64,000 nt of DNA from Octopus vulgaris (taxonomy: Eukaryota), in assembly GCA_951406725.2 (NCBI GenBank), contig OX597830.1:23560001-23624000 (forward strand), in the 5' to 3' direction. Made by a program: the position numbers and the translations under genes. Shown in pieces: positions 1-12,746 of this stretch. The notes under the pieces were generated by a model that saw nothing but the letters and a program-made list of their open reading frames with translations, was not told where the DNA came from and made no database searches. The first letter of the stretch is position 1. Every line of letters starts with the position of its first letter.

Positions 1-2
1 AG

Positions 3-290
3 ATAGATGCGAATAGGCCAGACATTATATTGAAAGACTTCAGACAAAAATCATTCCACCTCATTGATATATGACTGTCCCAATTGACATAAATGCATCT
101 GTGAAGACCTACCAAAAACTGAGCAAATATAAAGACCTTCAAATAGAAATTGGCAAAATGTGGAACCTCAAGACTAAAACAATACCTGTTGTCATAGGTG
201 CCCTAGGAATGATAGCAAAAGGGATTGATTCCTACCTAGCTCAGATACCAGGAGACCCCAAAATGGCAGAAATTCAAAAGATAGTGCTCG
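3..290 (+). mobile_element. Dong/R4-clade non-LTR retrotransposon fragment, restriction-like endonuclease (RLE) C-terminus, frameshifted
   Basis: Translates IDANRPDIILKDFRQKSFHLID, then after a frameshift near 70 MTVPIDINASVKTYQKLSKYKDLQIEIGKMWNLKTKTIPVVIGALG. RPD..ID..VP..KY..L..IPVVIGALG is the RLE signature of R4/Dong-type elements. Confidence 0.85.
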
Positions 291-362
291 GCGGAATTTG
301 AACTCAGAGTATAAAGACGGACGATATAGCAGTCAAGCATTTCGCACGGCATGCTCGCCGCT
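289..362 (-). mobile_element. Meta-core-type tRNA-derived SINE (family M), head fragment
   Basis: CGGCGGAATTTGAACTCAGA...GCATTTCG matches the reverse complement of the family M head at 62554-62640. Confidence 0.7.
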
Positions 363-396
363 TTAATAAGAACAACAGCAACGACAATAACAAAAA

Positions 397-416
397 TAAT
401 AATGATGATGATGATG

Positions 417-453
<37 letters not shown>

Positions 454-473
454 TGATGATGATGATAATAATG

Positions 474-534
<61 letters not shown>

Positions 535-550
535 TAATAATAATAATAAT
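397..550. repeat. (AAT)n/(GAT)n microsatellite
   Basis: Direct reading. Confidence 0.97.
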
Positions 551-1094
551 GCCCTGATGCAGTACCAGGCAGTGGCTCTCATGGCTTCTGATCTTAACTG
601 ATTGGAAGTGTTATCATGTACATTGTTTTGTCTTGGTATAAAAGATGGGTTACAGCAAATATTCTGCTCAATACCACAGATTTGCTTGTCAGTTGTTTGA
701 CCTTAGCCAGTTGAGCATGTCCCTTAGTGGCTGACGATATGTGCATCTCTGATCACGAGCAGAAGTAGTGGGGGAGCATCATAGCCATGTGTTGAGAGGG
801 ATTCTTTGGGGTTTGAATAGTTCACCTCTGGAAACATGGGTGGTTCTTTCAACATCCTTAAACAACCCTTATTCAGGGACCATTTGAGCGGGATGGGTTA
901 CTCAACCTGAAGAAAATTCTAACTGGGCCCCACCTGCAAGGTCATGTGCTGTTTATCTTGATATGAGATCACCATGTCGCGCACATATGGTTGTGATGCA
1001 TGTGCCTGGTGTAACTTTATCAGACGGGTAGTCATGATGGGTATATTGGGCTTCGTATATTTTACCCCAGTGTCACTTTGATGGCATGAACTGC
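551..1094 (+). mobile_element. Non-LTR element 3' UTR ending in an (AAT)n tail (probably Dong/R4)
   Basis: Unique 544 bp between two AAT arrays. Its last ~100 bp recur near-identically at 2186-2284, again followed by (AAT)n. Confidence 0.65.
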
Positions 1095-1212
<118 letters not shown>

Positions 1213-1299
1213 AATGTCAATAACACCACCAACAACAACAATAACAATGTTAATGATAATTCCAGTGGGAGGTGCATGGTAAGTACTCCTCTGATTTAC

Positions 1300-1695
1300 G
1301 GGTAAATCTGAGACGGAGTAATGGAGAATGACAAGATAAAGAAACAACGACGCAATATAATCGTGAAACTGAATATTGAAAGCCGGATATGGTTGTTGCT
1401 GTGAATAAAGCCGGTTTGACATCAGATATTTCATGCCCCGATTAATGATAATAGACAAGGAAAAGCGAAGTTGCCTACTTAATTGATACAGCATGTCCGT
1501 TTACTTCCAGGTTTGTAAAGAAAGAGGGCAAAGAAAAAACAAAAACAAACAAACAATACCTTAAAATTTGAAATTGCTGAAATTTGGAATATGAAAATCA
1601 TAAAGGTTGTGCGTATAATAATTGGTGCATTGGAAACCATAAGCGAAGATAGAAAAGGTTGAAGGAAATTGGAATAGAATGCTCTGTAGAGTGTT
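1300..1695 (+). mobile_element. Second, more degraded Dong/R4 RLE fragment
   Basis: Frameshifted peptides KPDMVV, IIDKEKRSCLL-IDTACP and LKFEIAEIWNMKIIKVVRIIIGALETIS. Confidence 0.75.
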
Positions 1696-1699
1696 TCAC

Positions 1700-1832
1700 T
1701 GGTGCTTAATCTGTCGACGCTGAAAGGATGGAAGGCAAAGTCGACTGGAATTTGAACTCAGGACATTAGGATGGAGGAATGCCACTTAACCATTTCGCCC
1801 GGCGTACTAACAGGTCAGCCAGCCCGCCGCCT
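1700..1832 (-). mobile_element. Family M SINE (degenerate)
   Basis: GAAAGGATGGAAGGCAAAGTCGAC...TTTGAACTCAG...CCAGCCCGCCGCC. Confidence 0.75.
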
Positions 1833-1843
1833 TAAAAGTAGCT

Positions 1844-1879
1844 GTCAGGATGGCCGAGCGGTCTAAGGCGCTAGACTCA
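1844..1879 (+). pseudogene. 5' half of tRNA-Leu(CAA), truncated in the anticodon
   Basis: GTCAGGATGGCCGAGCGGTCTAAGGCGCTAGACTCA is near-identical to the conserved metazoan tRNA-Leu(CAA) 5' half. No 3' half or B box follows. Confidence 0.8.
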
Positions 1880-1949
1880 TGGAACAATACCTTAATAATG
1901 ATGATGACGATCATGATGATGATAATATGAATAATATTAATGTTGATGA

Positions 1950-1990
<41 letters not shown>

Positions 1991-2041
1991 ATGATGATGG
2001 TGATGATGACGATAACAATAATAATAATAACAATAACAATG

Positions 2042-2097
<56 letters not shown>

Positions 2098-2116
2098 TAT
2101 GATAATAATAACGAAA

Positions 2117-2185
<69 letters not shown>

Positions 2186-2187
<2 letters not shown>

Positions 2188-2284
2188 GTGTACCCTTATC
2201 AGACGGATAGTCATGATGGGTATATTGGGCTTCGTATATTTTACCCCAGTGTCACTTTGATGGCATGAACTGCTCTCTCACTCA
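2186..2284 (+). mobile_element. 5'-truncated copy of the 551-1094 3' UTR, inside (AAT)n
   Basis: Near-identical to ~1007-1094; flanked on both sides by AAT arrays. Confidence 0.85.
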
Positions 2285-2289
2285 ATAAA

Positions 2290-2379
<90 letters not shown>

Positions 2380-2380
<1 letters not shown>

Positions 2381-2440
2381 TCTTCAGTAAAGATATAGGC
2401 ATGGAATTTGTCATAGATAAGTGTGGAATATTAGTAATGA
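2380..2440 (+). mobile_element. Dong/R4 reverse-transcriptase fragment
   Basis: Translates FSKDIGMEFVIDKCGILVM, matching the FSxDIGMEFGxDKC RT motif of R4/Dong elements. Confidence 0.7.
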
Positions 2441-2489
2441 TCACCAAAGTTACGAACTCTCTTTCCTGCTCTTCAATATACAGGCGCAT

Positions 2490-3078
2490 ATTTAGCATTG
2501 CGCCATTCATTCACTCTAACTACTTTTGCAATAATTACCCATCGTTTCCCAAAATTCACTGGGATGTAGCTCTTCTCTCTCTCTATCTTGACTTTCCTTT
2601 CCAAAGGGAATTTAGAAAAGTCGATGAGAGCTTGAACGAAGAGGAAGATGTCTTTTCTCTATCTTGTCTGCCTCGTCAACTACACAACCTCTTTCGCCGT
2701 AACCACTGGACTGAAGAACACTGCATGTCTTGCCTTGTTAAAGGTGGGCGATGGGGGGATCCCCACACGATAACAGCTGTTCAACAAAGCTCCGCACTTG
2801 GACAATGCCCCAGGGCACGCAGAACGGTTTCGTAGCGCTGCTTGCATCTCGGAGTGTCTCGTCTGACAGCATTTCCGCGTTTGTAGAGTATATCTTGAAT
2901 TGGCGATGCTTCTTGGAGGTAGTGCCAAGCCATGAATTTCTGGATGTTATCCATGGTATTACTGGGGTCCAAATGTCCTCCGAAATAGACCAGCTAGTTC
3001 ATCCGCGAAGGCGCCTAGAGTTCCATCAAGAACCTCATCGCTCTTACCCAGTTTCTTTATATTGCTGCTTAGGATACT
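2490..3078 (-). mobile_element. L1/Tx1-clade LINE ORF2 C-terminus (degenerate zinc knuckle), frameshifted
   Basis: WHYLQEASPIQDILYKRG...TPRCKQRYETVLRALGHCP resembles the CPRC..ET..H....C knuckle of Tx1 ORF2. FGKRWV occurs near the end. Confidence 0.65.
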
Positions 3079-3119
3079 GATGTATAATTTCTCGCAAATA
3101 TAGACACATCTACAGGTGC

Positions 3120-3576
3120 GCGTACAGACACATACATGCACACACACACACACACACGTACGCTCACACGCACACATACACAGACGCACACACGTACACA
3201 CACATGCACACACACGCACACATATACACACACATGCACACACACGCACAAACACACGCGCACACACACACGTGCACACATACACACTCACACACACACG
3301 CACGCGCAAACACACGCACACTCACAGACACATACATGCACACACACGCATACACGCACACACACATGCACACACGCATAAACACACGCACACACACACG
3401 TACACACTCACAAACAGGCACGTACACACACAAGCACACACGGACAGACACACACACAGGCACACAGACACAAACAGACACGTACACAAACACACACACA
3501 CACACACACATACACACACACACACACATACACACACATACACATACACACACATACACACATACACGTACACACA
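3120..3576. repeat. Degenerate (CA)n array
   Basis: Direct reading. Confidence 0.95.
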
Positions 3577-3777
3577 TGTCAGTCACAGTTTCCGCCTACC
3601 AACTACCACTCTCACGGGACTGATCAACCTGAAGCTACGCTAGACAGCGGGATCGATCCTAGATCCCAGCAGTTGCCAAACCAACTTTCTAACCGCACAG
3701 TCATACATGTTGTCGCTCCCCAGATGTCGCTACTGCTGCCGTTGTTGCTGTTCGTATTAGGATATATTTACTATGTG

Positions 3778-4166
3778 CGTGGAGGCGCAATGGCCCAGTT
3801 GTTAGGGCAGTGGACTCGCGGTCATAGGATCGCGGTTTCGATTCCCAGACCGGGCGTTGTGAGTGTTTATTGAGCGAAAACACCTAAAGCTTCACGAGGC
3901 TCCGGCAGGAGATGGTGGTGATCCCTGCTGTACTCTTTCACCACAACTTTCTCTCACTCTTACTTCCTGTTTCTGTTGTACCTGTATTTTCAAAGGGCCG
4001 GCCTTGTCACTCTCTGTGTCACGCTGAATATCCCCGAGAACTACGTATAAGGGTACACGTGTCTGTGGAGTGCTCAGCCACTTACGCGTTAATTTCACGA
4101 GCAGGCTGTTCCGTTGATTCGGATCAACCGGAACCCTCGTCGTCGTAACCGACGGAGTGCTTCCCC
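3778..4166 (+). mobile_element. Full-length tRNA(Arg)-like SINE (family R; resembles octopus OR-type SINEs)
   Basis: A-box-like TGGCCCAGTTGTTAGG and B-box-like GGTTTCGATTCC. 14-bp TSD ATATTTACTATGTG at 3764-3777 and 4167-4180. Near-identical copies at 42736-43111 and 61502-61890. Confidence 0.92.
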
Positions 4167-4349
4167 ATATTTACTATGTGGCCTTCCATCGTCGTCAAGA
4201 TTATATTTAGATGATTATATATTTTTTGTTTGTTTCGGTAATTTAAAGTTTATTTTGGTAAAAATTGGTGCTGAGGAAACAAATAGAATTATCTCTCGAT
4301 TGAAAGACAATTGTGTCTCCTTAATCTATATCTCAAAGATTAACAAGAG

Positions 4350-5990
4350 TGTGTGTGTAAGTACGTGTGCATAATTGTGTATAAGTGTGCATATAGATAT
4401 GTATGTGTGTATGTGGATATGCATGTATGCATGTGTGTGACTGTGTGTTAGTGTATATGTGTGTATATATGTATATATGTGTATAGGTGTATATGTGTGT
4501 GTATAGGTGTATATATGTATATATGTGTATAGGTGTATATGTGTGTATAGGTGTATATATGTATATATGTGTATAGGTGTATATGTGTGTGGTATATAGG
4601 TGTATATATGTACATATGTGTATAGGTGTATATGTGTGTGTATAGGTGTATATATGTATATATGTGTATAGGTGTATATGTGTATATATGTACATATGTG
4701 TATAGGTGTATATGTGTGTATAAGTGTATATATGTACATATGTGTATAGGTGTATATATGTGTATAGGTGTATATGTGTGTATAGGTATATATATATGTA
4801 TATATGTGTATAGGTGTATATGTGCGTATAGGTGTGTGTGTATGACATCTGTATGTATACGTGTGTATATGTGTGAATGTGTATGTCTGTATGTATATGG
4901 ATATATGTGTGTATGCGTCTGTATGCGTACATATGCCTATGTGTGTGCATATGTACGTATCTGTGTGTGTGCGTGTGTGTGGATATTTGAGCAAATATGT
5001 GTGTATATGTATGTTGATGTGTGTGCATGTGTATTTGTATGTGGATATGTATGTAGAAGAGCGTTAATGTGTGTGTGTATGTGTGTATCCCTGTATGTCA
5101 GTGTATGCGTGTATGCGTATGTATCTGTGCGTGTGTGCGTGTGTGTGTGATTGAGAAAGAGAGTGAAAGAGGAATTATATAGCTCTTTGCGTTGCGGTTT
5201 GACTAAGTATGTGTGTGTATCCGTGTGTGTGCATATATGTGTGTGTGTGTCCGTGTGTGTGCATATGTGTGTGTGTGTCCGTGTGTGTGCATATATGTGT
5301 GTGTATGTATGTGTGTATGAGTGTGCATGAGTGTGTTTTTGTTTGTGTGTGTGTTCATGTGTGTGTGTATGTATATGTATGTGTGGATGTGTGTGCTCGT
5401 GCATGAGCAGGTTTGTGTGTGTGCGTGTGCAATTATATGTTTGTGTGTGTGTGCATGAATGTGTAGATGTGTGTTTGCATGTGTGTGTATGTGTTCTTGT
5501 ATCTGTGTGTGTGCATGTATGTGGGGATGTGTTTGCTTGCGTGTGTGTGTGTGTCTGTGTTCGTGTGTGTGCGTGCATGTACGTATGTGATGTGTGTGCA
5601 TGTATGTTTGTGTGTGTGTATGTGTGTTCATATATGTGCGTATGTGTGCATGTGTGTGTGTGTGAGTGTGTGTGTATGCATGTGAGTGTGCATGTATGTT
5701 TGCATGTGTGTGCATGTATGTGTGCATGTACGTATGAGATGTGTGTGCATGTATGTTCGTGTGTGTGTGTATGTGTGTTCATGTATGTGTGTATGTGTGC
5801 ATGTGTGTGTGTGAGTGTGTGTGCATGCATGTGAGTGTGCATGTATGTTTGCATGTGTGTGTATGTGTGCATGTACGTATGAGATGTGTGTGCATGTATG
5901 TTTGTGTGTGTATGTGTGTTCATGTATGTGTGTATGTGTGCATGTGTGTGTGTGTGAGTGTGTGTGCGTGCGTACGTAGTATGTATATAT
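4350..5990. repeat. Compound (TG)/(TA) low-complexity array including GTGTATAGGTGTATAT-type minisatellite units
   Basis: Direct reading. Confidence 0.93.
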
Positions 5991-6316
5991 GTTAGTCTAC
6001 ATATCTAAGCTAGTGAAAAAGCGAATCCTTGTAGTTTTAGCTGCGCTTTTTGTTGTTGCTTCTTGTAGTTTTTGCCGTTGGTGTTTTTCTTCTTGTTTGT
6101 GCTATTGCTGCTGCTGCTGCTGTTGTTGTTGTTGTTGTTGTTGTTGTTATCTGTATATCTTCCATAATTATTTCTGCATTCTCAGCATTTCGGTGTGAAC
6201 AGCGATCACGTGACTGCACCAGAAGCCAGCCAACATTATTTCCAGATTTCCCCCAAGAGTCTCAACATATCTGATTTACCTCTTACACTTTACTCTTCCC
6301 CCCGCCCCAACCGCAT

Positions 6317-6370
6317 TACCACCACCACCACCACCACCACCACCACCATCATCATCATCATTACCACCAC

Positions 6371-6422
<52 letters not shown>

Positions 6423-6691
6423 AGCAGCATCAGTGTCATAGTCGTCCTCGTCGTCATGATCATCCTCATCAACATCACCGTCGTCATAGTTGTCGTCATT
6501 ATCGTCATCTTCATCATAATAATAATAATCATCATCGTCATCTTTATCAACATCATCAGCATCATCATCATCATCGTCATCATTGTCATCATAATCAGCA
6601 GCAGCATCACCGTTATCATTATCACCATCATCATCATCGACATCATCATCATTGTCGTCATCGTCGTTGTCATTATCGTCGTCCTCATCCC

Positions 6692-6722
<31 letters not shown>

Positions 6723-6723
6723 G

Positions 6724-6771
<48 letters not shown>

Positions 6772-7165
6772 CCACCACCACCATCATCATCATCGTCGTC
6801 GTCGTCGTCAGCATAATCGGCATCGATTATGTCGTCTTCGTCGCCATCATCGCCGTCATCTCCATCACCGTCAACGTCACCACCACTACGATCTCCGCCG
6901 TCGTCATCACCATGAGGATCACCATCTCTAGCAGTGGCAGCAGTAGCAGCAGCAGCAACAGCAGCAGCAACAGCAGCAGCAACAGCAGCACCACCACGAC
7001 CACCACAAATACAACCACAAACACAACTGCCACCACAACAACAACCACCGATATAAACCCAGACACCACCACCGCCGCCACCAGCACCAGCACCACCACC
7101 ACCACCACCAGTACCACCACGTCCACAACCACCACCACTACAATTATCATCATCATCACCATCCT
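6317..7165. repeat. Compound trinucleotide array (ACC/ATC/AGC/GTC)
   Basis: Direct reading; explains the 366-aa poly-I/T/S ORF. Confidence 0.93.
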
Positions 7166-7569
7166 CATGAGTTTCGTGGTTCGATTCCTTCTGGCAAGAG
7201 ATTCACACCTCTCTCACTCACATCCACATCACACCCCTATAACACACATATTTTCACAACTGCACCTACATATACACATACCTACCCGAAAGTAAACAGA
7301 ACTCTCACGCGCACACGCTCTCCTTCTCACTCTCCTACTTCCTCTCTCCCTTTCTTACTCTCTCTTACACACATACACACACACGCACACACACACATAC
7401 GCTCACCTGAATTTCCAACTAATCACAAATTCATACACAACGCACACACACACCGAAGTACATAAACATATCAAACACACTTATGTGTAGATATATACAT
7501 ACATGCACATGTATACACGCTGTCATTTGCCTAACCATTCGCAGATGAATTTTCACACAACCATCCACA

Positions 7570-7636
<67 letters not shown>

Positions 7637-7654
7637 GTACACACATGCGCGCAC

Positions 7655-7687
<33 letters not shown>

Positions 7688-7890
7688 GACACGCACGCAA
7701 ACACACGTAAACATGTACGCATACACACACGTATACATGCACGCGTGTATACATAACACACATTAATGTTTAATTGAGGATAAAATTTTAAAGCAAGTTT
7801 GAGAATAAGAAAGGAACTTTTAATGATGCGTTGGACGGGGAGAATTATTACAGAGAGTAAATTCAAATTTATTTTGATATGGAGCTAACA

Positions 7891-7958
<68 letters not shown>

Positions 7959-8100
7959 CAAACACACACACAAACAAACACGCAAACACACACAAACACA
8001 AGCAAACACACACATTCATAAATATAGGTGTATACACAAGACATTAAAAATACGAATGAAGAATTGTAGTGTCAGAAGCTTGTTTATTTAAAGCAATACT

Positions 8101-8346
8101 CTTTTACTCTTTTACTTGCTTCAGTCATTTTGACTGCGGCCATGCTGGAGCACCGCCTTTAGTCGAGCCAATCGACCCCAGGACTTCTTATTCTTTGTAA
8201 ACCTATTACTTATTCTATCGGTCTCTTTTCCCGAACCGCTAAGTTACGGGGGACGTAAACACACCACCATCGGTTGGCAAGCGATGTTGGGGGGACAAAC
8301 ACAGACACACAAACATATACACACACACATACATACACACACACAC

Positions 8347-8443
<97 letters not shown>

Positions 8444-8572
8444 GACACACATATATACGACGGGCTTCTTTCAGCTTCCGTCTACCAAATCCACTCAGTA
8501 GGCTTTGGTCGGTCCAAAGTGCCACGCAGTGGGGCTGAACCTGGAACCATGTGGTTGGTAAGCAAACTACTT
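8101..8572 (-). mobile_element. CORE-type SINE with internal (TA)/(TG) microsatellite (family C), interrupted in its head
   Basis: Tail (GTAAAAGA)n, conserved CCAGCATGGCCGCAGTCAAA and GTTTACGTCCCCGTAACTTAGCGGTTCGG. The head breaks at 8572. Confidence 0.9.
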
Positions 8573-10017
8573 TATTTCATAAAAAAATTGCTATAAAGGC
8601 ATTACAAAGAGTAGCTGCGGGCTGGACATATACATTGATGAGGTGAATGATGAAGTAAGGATGATATTGATGAGAGAAGCCAAAAACGCCCGCCGATTTT
8701 CTTCTTCTCTAAAACATTGTTCTATTTTTTTAAACAGCATAAACAAAGCGAGGTATTGAACCTCTCACAACAGTTTTTACAAATATTAACATGCAAAAAA
8801 TATTCAATATACAATCAACACCTGTCCATTTACAAATGAGGCGCTGGGCCTCTTGCACTTTATAACAGTGAGGCTTTTAAATCCCTTGTCAATTTTTCAC
8901 CTCAACGAGGTATTGAACATCTTACTACAGTTCTTACAATTATTGGACTTAATAGTCAATAACATGCAATAATATACAATGAAATATTGAATATACAATC
9001 AACACTAGTCCATTTACAAATGAGGCGCTGAGCCTCTTACACATTATAACACTGAGGCTTTTCAACCTCTTGTCAGTTTTCCACCACATAATTGCTTGTG
9101 TCCGTGTATTCCGCCATAGCCCATGCTTCGTTTAAAATCAAGGCGAGTTCCGAGTTGGCGTCAACCGGCCACGAGCGATATTATTATTTTAGTCCTTTCA
9201 GCATCATAAACAGGCGCAACGTTATGACCTCCACTGCTATCTGCGGAGGCCATTCGGGGTCCTGTGTGAAGGCCAAAAGTATTCCCTCGTAGTGTTCTTT
9301 CCCTATCTTTTCCACCTCTCCCCCTCTATAAAAGAAGACCAACAGTTTTAGGTCCATCGGGTCAGGATCGGTCAATTTTACCGTTGGCGGCACAATTCCC
9401 ACCAATGGTGTTCCCCCCCTCCGGTTGCACAACCGACAAGGCTCCGTGACATCCCGGCGTCATGTCTCCAACTGCCGGCAATGTCCCGTTTCTCCTCCTC
9501 TTCCTCTTTTTTTTCTCGACTGGGGGAGGGTGCGTCTTCTCCGTGACCTGGAGATTCGCCTCCCCTCCCTCATCCCCAGGATCCTTCGGTGAGCATCCAT
9601 TATTGCTCTCCTTCTTCGTTTTGCGGCTCTTCTTTGAGGAGTCCTCCGTCTCTTCGGCCGCTTTCATTCCCTCCTCTACAGAGGTCTCAGTCAACCGCTC
9701 CGGGACTTTGCTTTGCCCTTGAGAACAGTTCTTTTTTATATGGCCAGGCTTCAAGCACCGACACATGGGGGAGGGGGGCGTCCCTCAAGAATCACCGGAT
9801 ACTTAGACCCGGCCACTCTCAAAAAGTCTGGAAATACCAGACTTTCGGCTGACTGGGTCTAGTGGGTCAAAACAGCTTTTGACCCCTCCCAGTCAGCCGC
9901 AGGCAGAATATTTACGCTGAGGAGCTTGGTGCTATTGCCACCCAGACCCCGGCGGATAGTATTTCCTTTCCACTGGGGCTCAACTCCGGGTGGCAAGCCG
10001 CAAACCCAAGCCCTCGT
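8573..10017 (-). mobile_element. 3' part of an ORF1-only Tx1/L1-like element (ORF1 middle and C-terminus with zinc knuckle, 3' UTR, AATAAA)
   Basis: TRAWVCGLPPGVEPQW, then MCRCLKPGHIKKNC (CCHC-type knuckle) and a basic low-complexity tail to the stop at 9184. About 600 bp of UTR ends at AATAAA (8571-8576). Confidence 0.75.
8750..9085. repeat. Diverged tandem duplication (~155-180 bp x2) within the element's 3' UTR
   Basis: GAGGTATTGAAC...AATATACAATCAACAC...GTCCATTTACAAATGAGGCGCTG occurs twice. Confidence 0.85.
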
Positions 10018-10041
10018 CTGTGTGGTAAGTAGCTTGCTTAC

Positions 10042-10905
10042 GTCATTGCTTCCTCATTGTGAATGTGCGAATTAGAGTTGCGTTTGACACCGAAGATGTA
10101 AGACGTGGTTTTGAAAGCCGTCTTAAATTGAAGACTTTTGAATACTCAGCCGTAAGGTAAGACTTTTTGGGGTCTAGTGAGGACCTGTTGAATGTCGCAA
10201 ATTATTTTTACAAGCAAGAAGTCCTCACTAGACTCTAGTCTGCCTGAAGCTGAGTGAAAATATTATTCACTTAATTGTGAAAATTATTGGTTTGGTGGGC
10301 GTATCCTGGCAAAATGTTTGTTTGAAAATAGTGTTGTTCCTGTTAAGGAGTACCTAGAAGAAAATTGGAATGATTTTTAACTGTTTTACAATTGTGTTAA
10401 ATTTTGGCCTGGAGTACCAAGTGGCCTTTTGCTGTGGTTTGAACTGTTGCTCTCTCTTCTTCTATCTTTGATTTAAAAAAAAAAAACTTTATTGAACTGT
10501 TAATTTTTTTCTCTCATTCCTTTTGTTTGGACTTTGTTTCCTCTTCCTTCTTTTTCTTTAATTATTTTATATTTTAACGACTGTATTTTTGGACTCTTAA
10601 GAAGCATGGCAAATAACAATGAAAAGTTAGTGGAGTGGGAAATTACACCACCCAAAAAATGGTTAAAAGAACTTGAAAGTAAGATGGTGGTTTTGAGGAC
10701 CTACTCTAGGACCCTGGACGCCATTGCCGTTTTCAGAAAGGATATAATGGAAAGAGAGCTGGCAGAATTTAAGCCAACGATTAAGTTTATTACTCGGGGT
10801 GTCAAATACACAACCGTGTGGTTGCTGTTTGACTCCCCAGAAGTAGCCTGTGAATTTGCAAGTCAGCCCCTGGAGGGTAATGAAATTTTGTTTCTTCCCA
10901 CTTTC
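10042..10905 (+). mobile_element. 5' part (5' UTR plus ORF1 N-terminus) of the same ORF1-only element, inverted
   Basis: Begins directly after TSD copy AAGTAGCTTGCTTAC (10027-10041). ATG at 10606 gives MANNNEKL...VVLRTYSR...FITRGVKYTTVWLLFDSPE...ILFLPTF, homologous to 54700-54920. Confidence 0.72.
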
Positions 10906-11066
10906 ACCCTTACGGAGTCAATTAAATAAGTACCAGTTACGTACAGGGGTCTGTATTATAGTGCATTGTTGTATCAGGCAAAACTTTTAATTCTTTACAA
11001 ACAATACACATTGCTTCAAACGAACTACAAAACTCTCTTATGTATATATGTATGTATGTATGTACA

Positions 11067-11104
<38 letters not shown>

Positions 11105-11136
11105 GGTATACATACATACATACATACATACATACA

Positions 11137-11207
<71 letters not shown>

Positions 11208-11767
11208 GTGCATGTAATTCAGAACGTAAAGGCAGACGACATGTCGCTAAGCATTTTATCCGACGCACTAGCGATACCGGAATTAAAGAAAATCCCACTT
11301 CTACGCCAGTATATCACACCTTTTATTTTAACACATACATACCTTATATTCATATACTGACAGATACACGCATACGCAGACACACACACGCAGCTACAAT
11401 CGTAATTCTCTATCCTATATACTCAGATCAGCCATGCGTACATAGATGATAATTAATTCAGCTTGTCAGTCGATACCTCCGTCATGTCGAAAATTTTGTT
11501 TATCACGGCATTAAAGCGGCAAATTATGTCAAACCAGAGCTCGGTGACATGAAATAGTTTCAACTGTGGGTTATGACATATCATATGACCTTGGAGTAGA
11601 CCTCTGCAACTAGAGGACACTCACACACATCCGTAGTGTTTTGCGATAGTAATTTTCATTCTCCACAAACCTGGGTATTTCTAAGGTCCTACATACATAC
11701 ATACATACATACACAAACACGTATATATATATATATTCACACATATATCACCTTGTGTATGTATGTG

Positions 11768-11854
<87 letters not shown>

Positions 11855-11871
11855 GCATATATATGTGTGTG

Positions 11872-12183
11872 TGGAGGTGCAATGGCCCAGTGGTTAGGGC
11901 AGCGAACTCGCGGTCGTAGGATCACGGTTTCGATTCCCAGACCGGGCGTTGTAAGTGTTTATTGAGCGAAAACACTTGAAGCTCCACGAGGCTCCGGCAG
12001 CGGATGGTGGCGATCCCTGCTGTACTCTTTCGCCACAACTTTCTCTCGCTCTTTCTTCTGTTGGCCTGTTCGCTTAGCCAGCAGGGTGGCGTCATTTGAA
12101 GTCTAAAACAATGCGAAGCGCATTGTGACCAGCGATGTCTAGCAACATCTGATAACCTGGTCGGTCACGGTGGTCTCGGTGAT
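11872..12183 (+). mobile_element. SINE with family R head and a different 3' tail
   Basis: Same head as 3778 through CACAACTTTCTCTC, then an unrelated tail ending GGTCACGGTGGTCTCGGTGAT. Confidence 0.85.
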
Positions 12184-12202
12184 ACACACACACACACACA
12201 TA

Positions 12203-12600
12203 CAGGGTGTGTCCAGGATAAATTTAGCAGTTTAAATAAAAGGAAAAGAAAATACAATATCCTACCCAAAAGAAGAGTACTTTTAAAAAATCAAAGACTA
12301 TTAACTAGATTACAACTGGGATTATTAAATGTAATCGCCCTCAGCTTCCACCACAGTTTCAGAACAGCTCTGCGTGCGTTCGTCACTGTATCCCTGAAAA
12401 GACCTTCGAACATCTCCTTGATCTTGGCCACCTGCTCGGCCTTGGTGTTGCAGGCAGAATGGTTGTTATCTTTCTCAACAGCTCAATGGCGCCCGACACG
12501 TAGTAATCCTAGGGATTTTAATCGGGGTAATTAAGAACCCAGAAATTGGCTCTGTTTACGAGTAAGTCGTAGAAATTTTCTGGCAACCACTCCTGAACGG
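12203..12600 (-). mobile_element. Tc1/mariner transposase C-terminal remnant with TIR
   Basis: VQEWLPENF...FWVLNYPD*NP*DYYV is a decayed WPPNSPDLNPLDY motif. Terminus TA-CAGGGTG at 12201-12209. Confidence 0.8.
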
Positions 12601-12746
12601 AGGACGTCAGTGAGTTTACACTACTTCGCCGTCGTAGCTTACAAACATTGTGCCTTATACGTATATTAGGTTCTAACAAATTGTTATGGGTCTTGCTATC
12701 ACTAAACCGAACAGCAAAACATACAGACACACAGAGAAATTATATA

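Noticed and set aside
3781-3855. tRNA genes at SINE heads (also 11872, 61502, 56914)
   Set aside because: tRNA-like A/B boxes continue into SINE bodies, several with TSDs, and do not form a proper cloverleaf.
6195-7295. 366-aa ORF and the many other long ORFs (poly-I/T/V, HT, YI, CV, LSIY repeats)
   Set aside because: They are translations of stop-free microsatellites with no domain content or splice evidence.
10534-10929. 131-aa ORF as a host gene exon
   Set aside because: Better explained as retroelement ORF1, given the TSD, the inverted continuation and a homolog at 54630.
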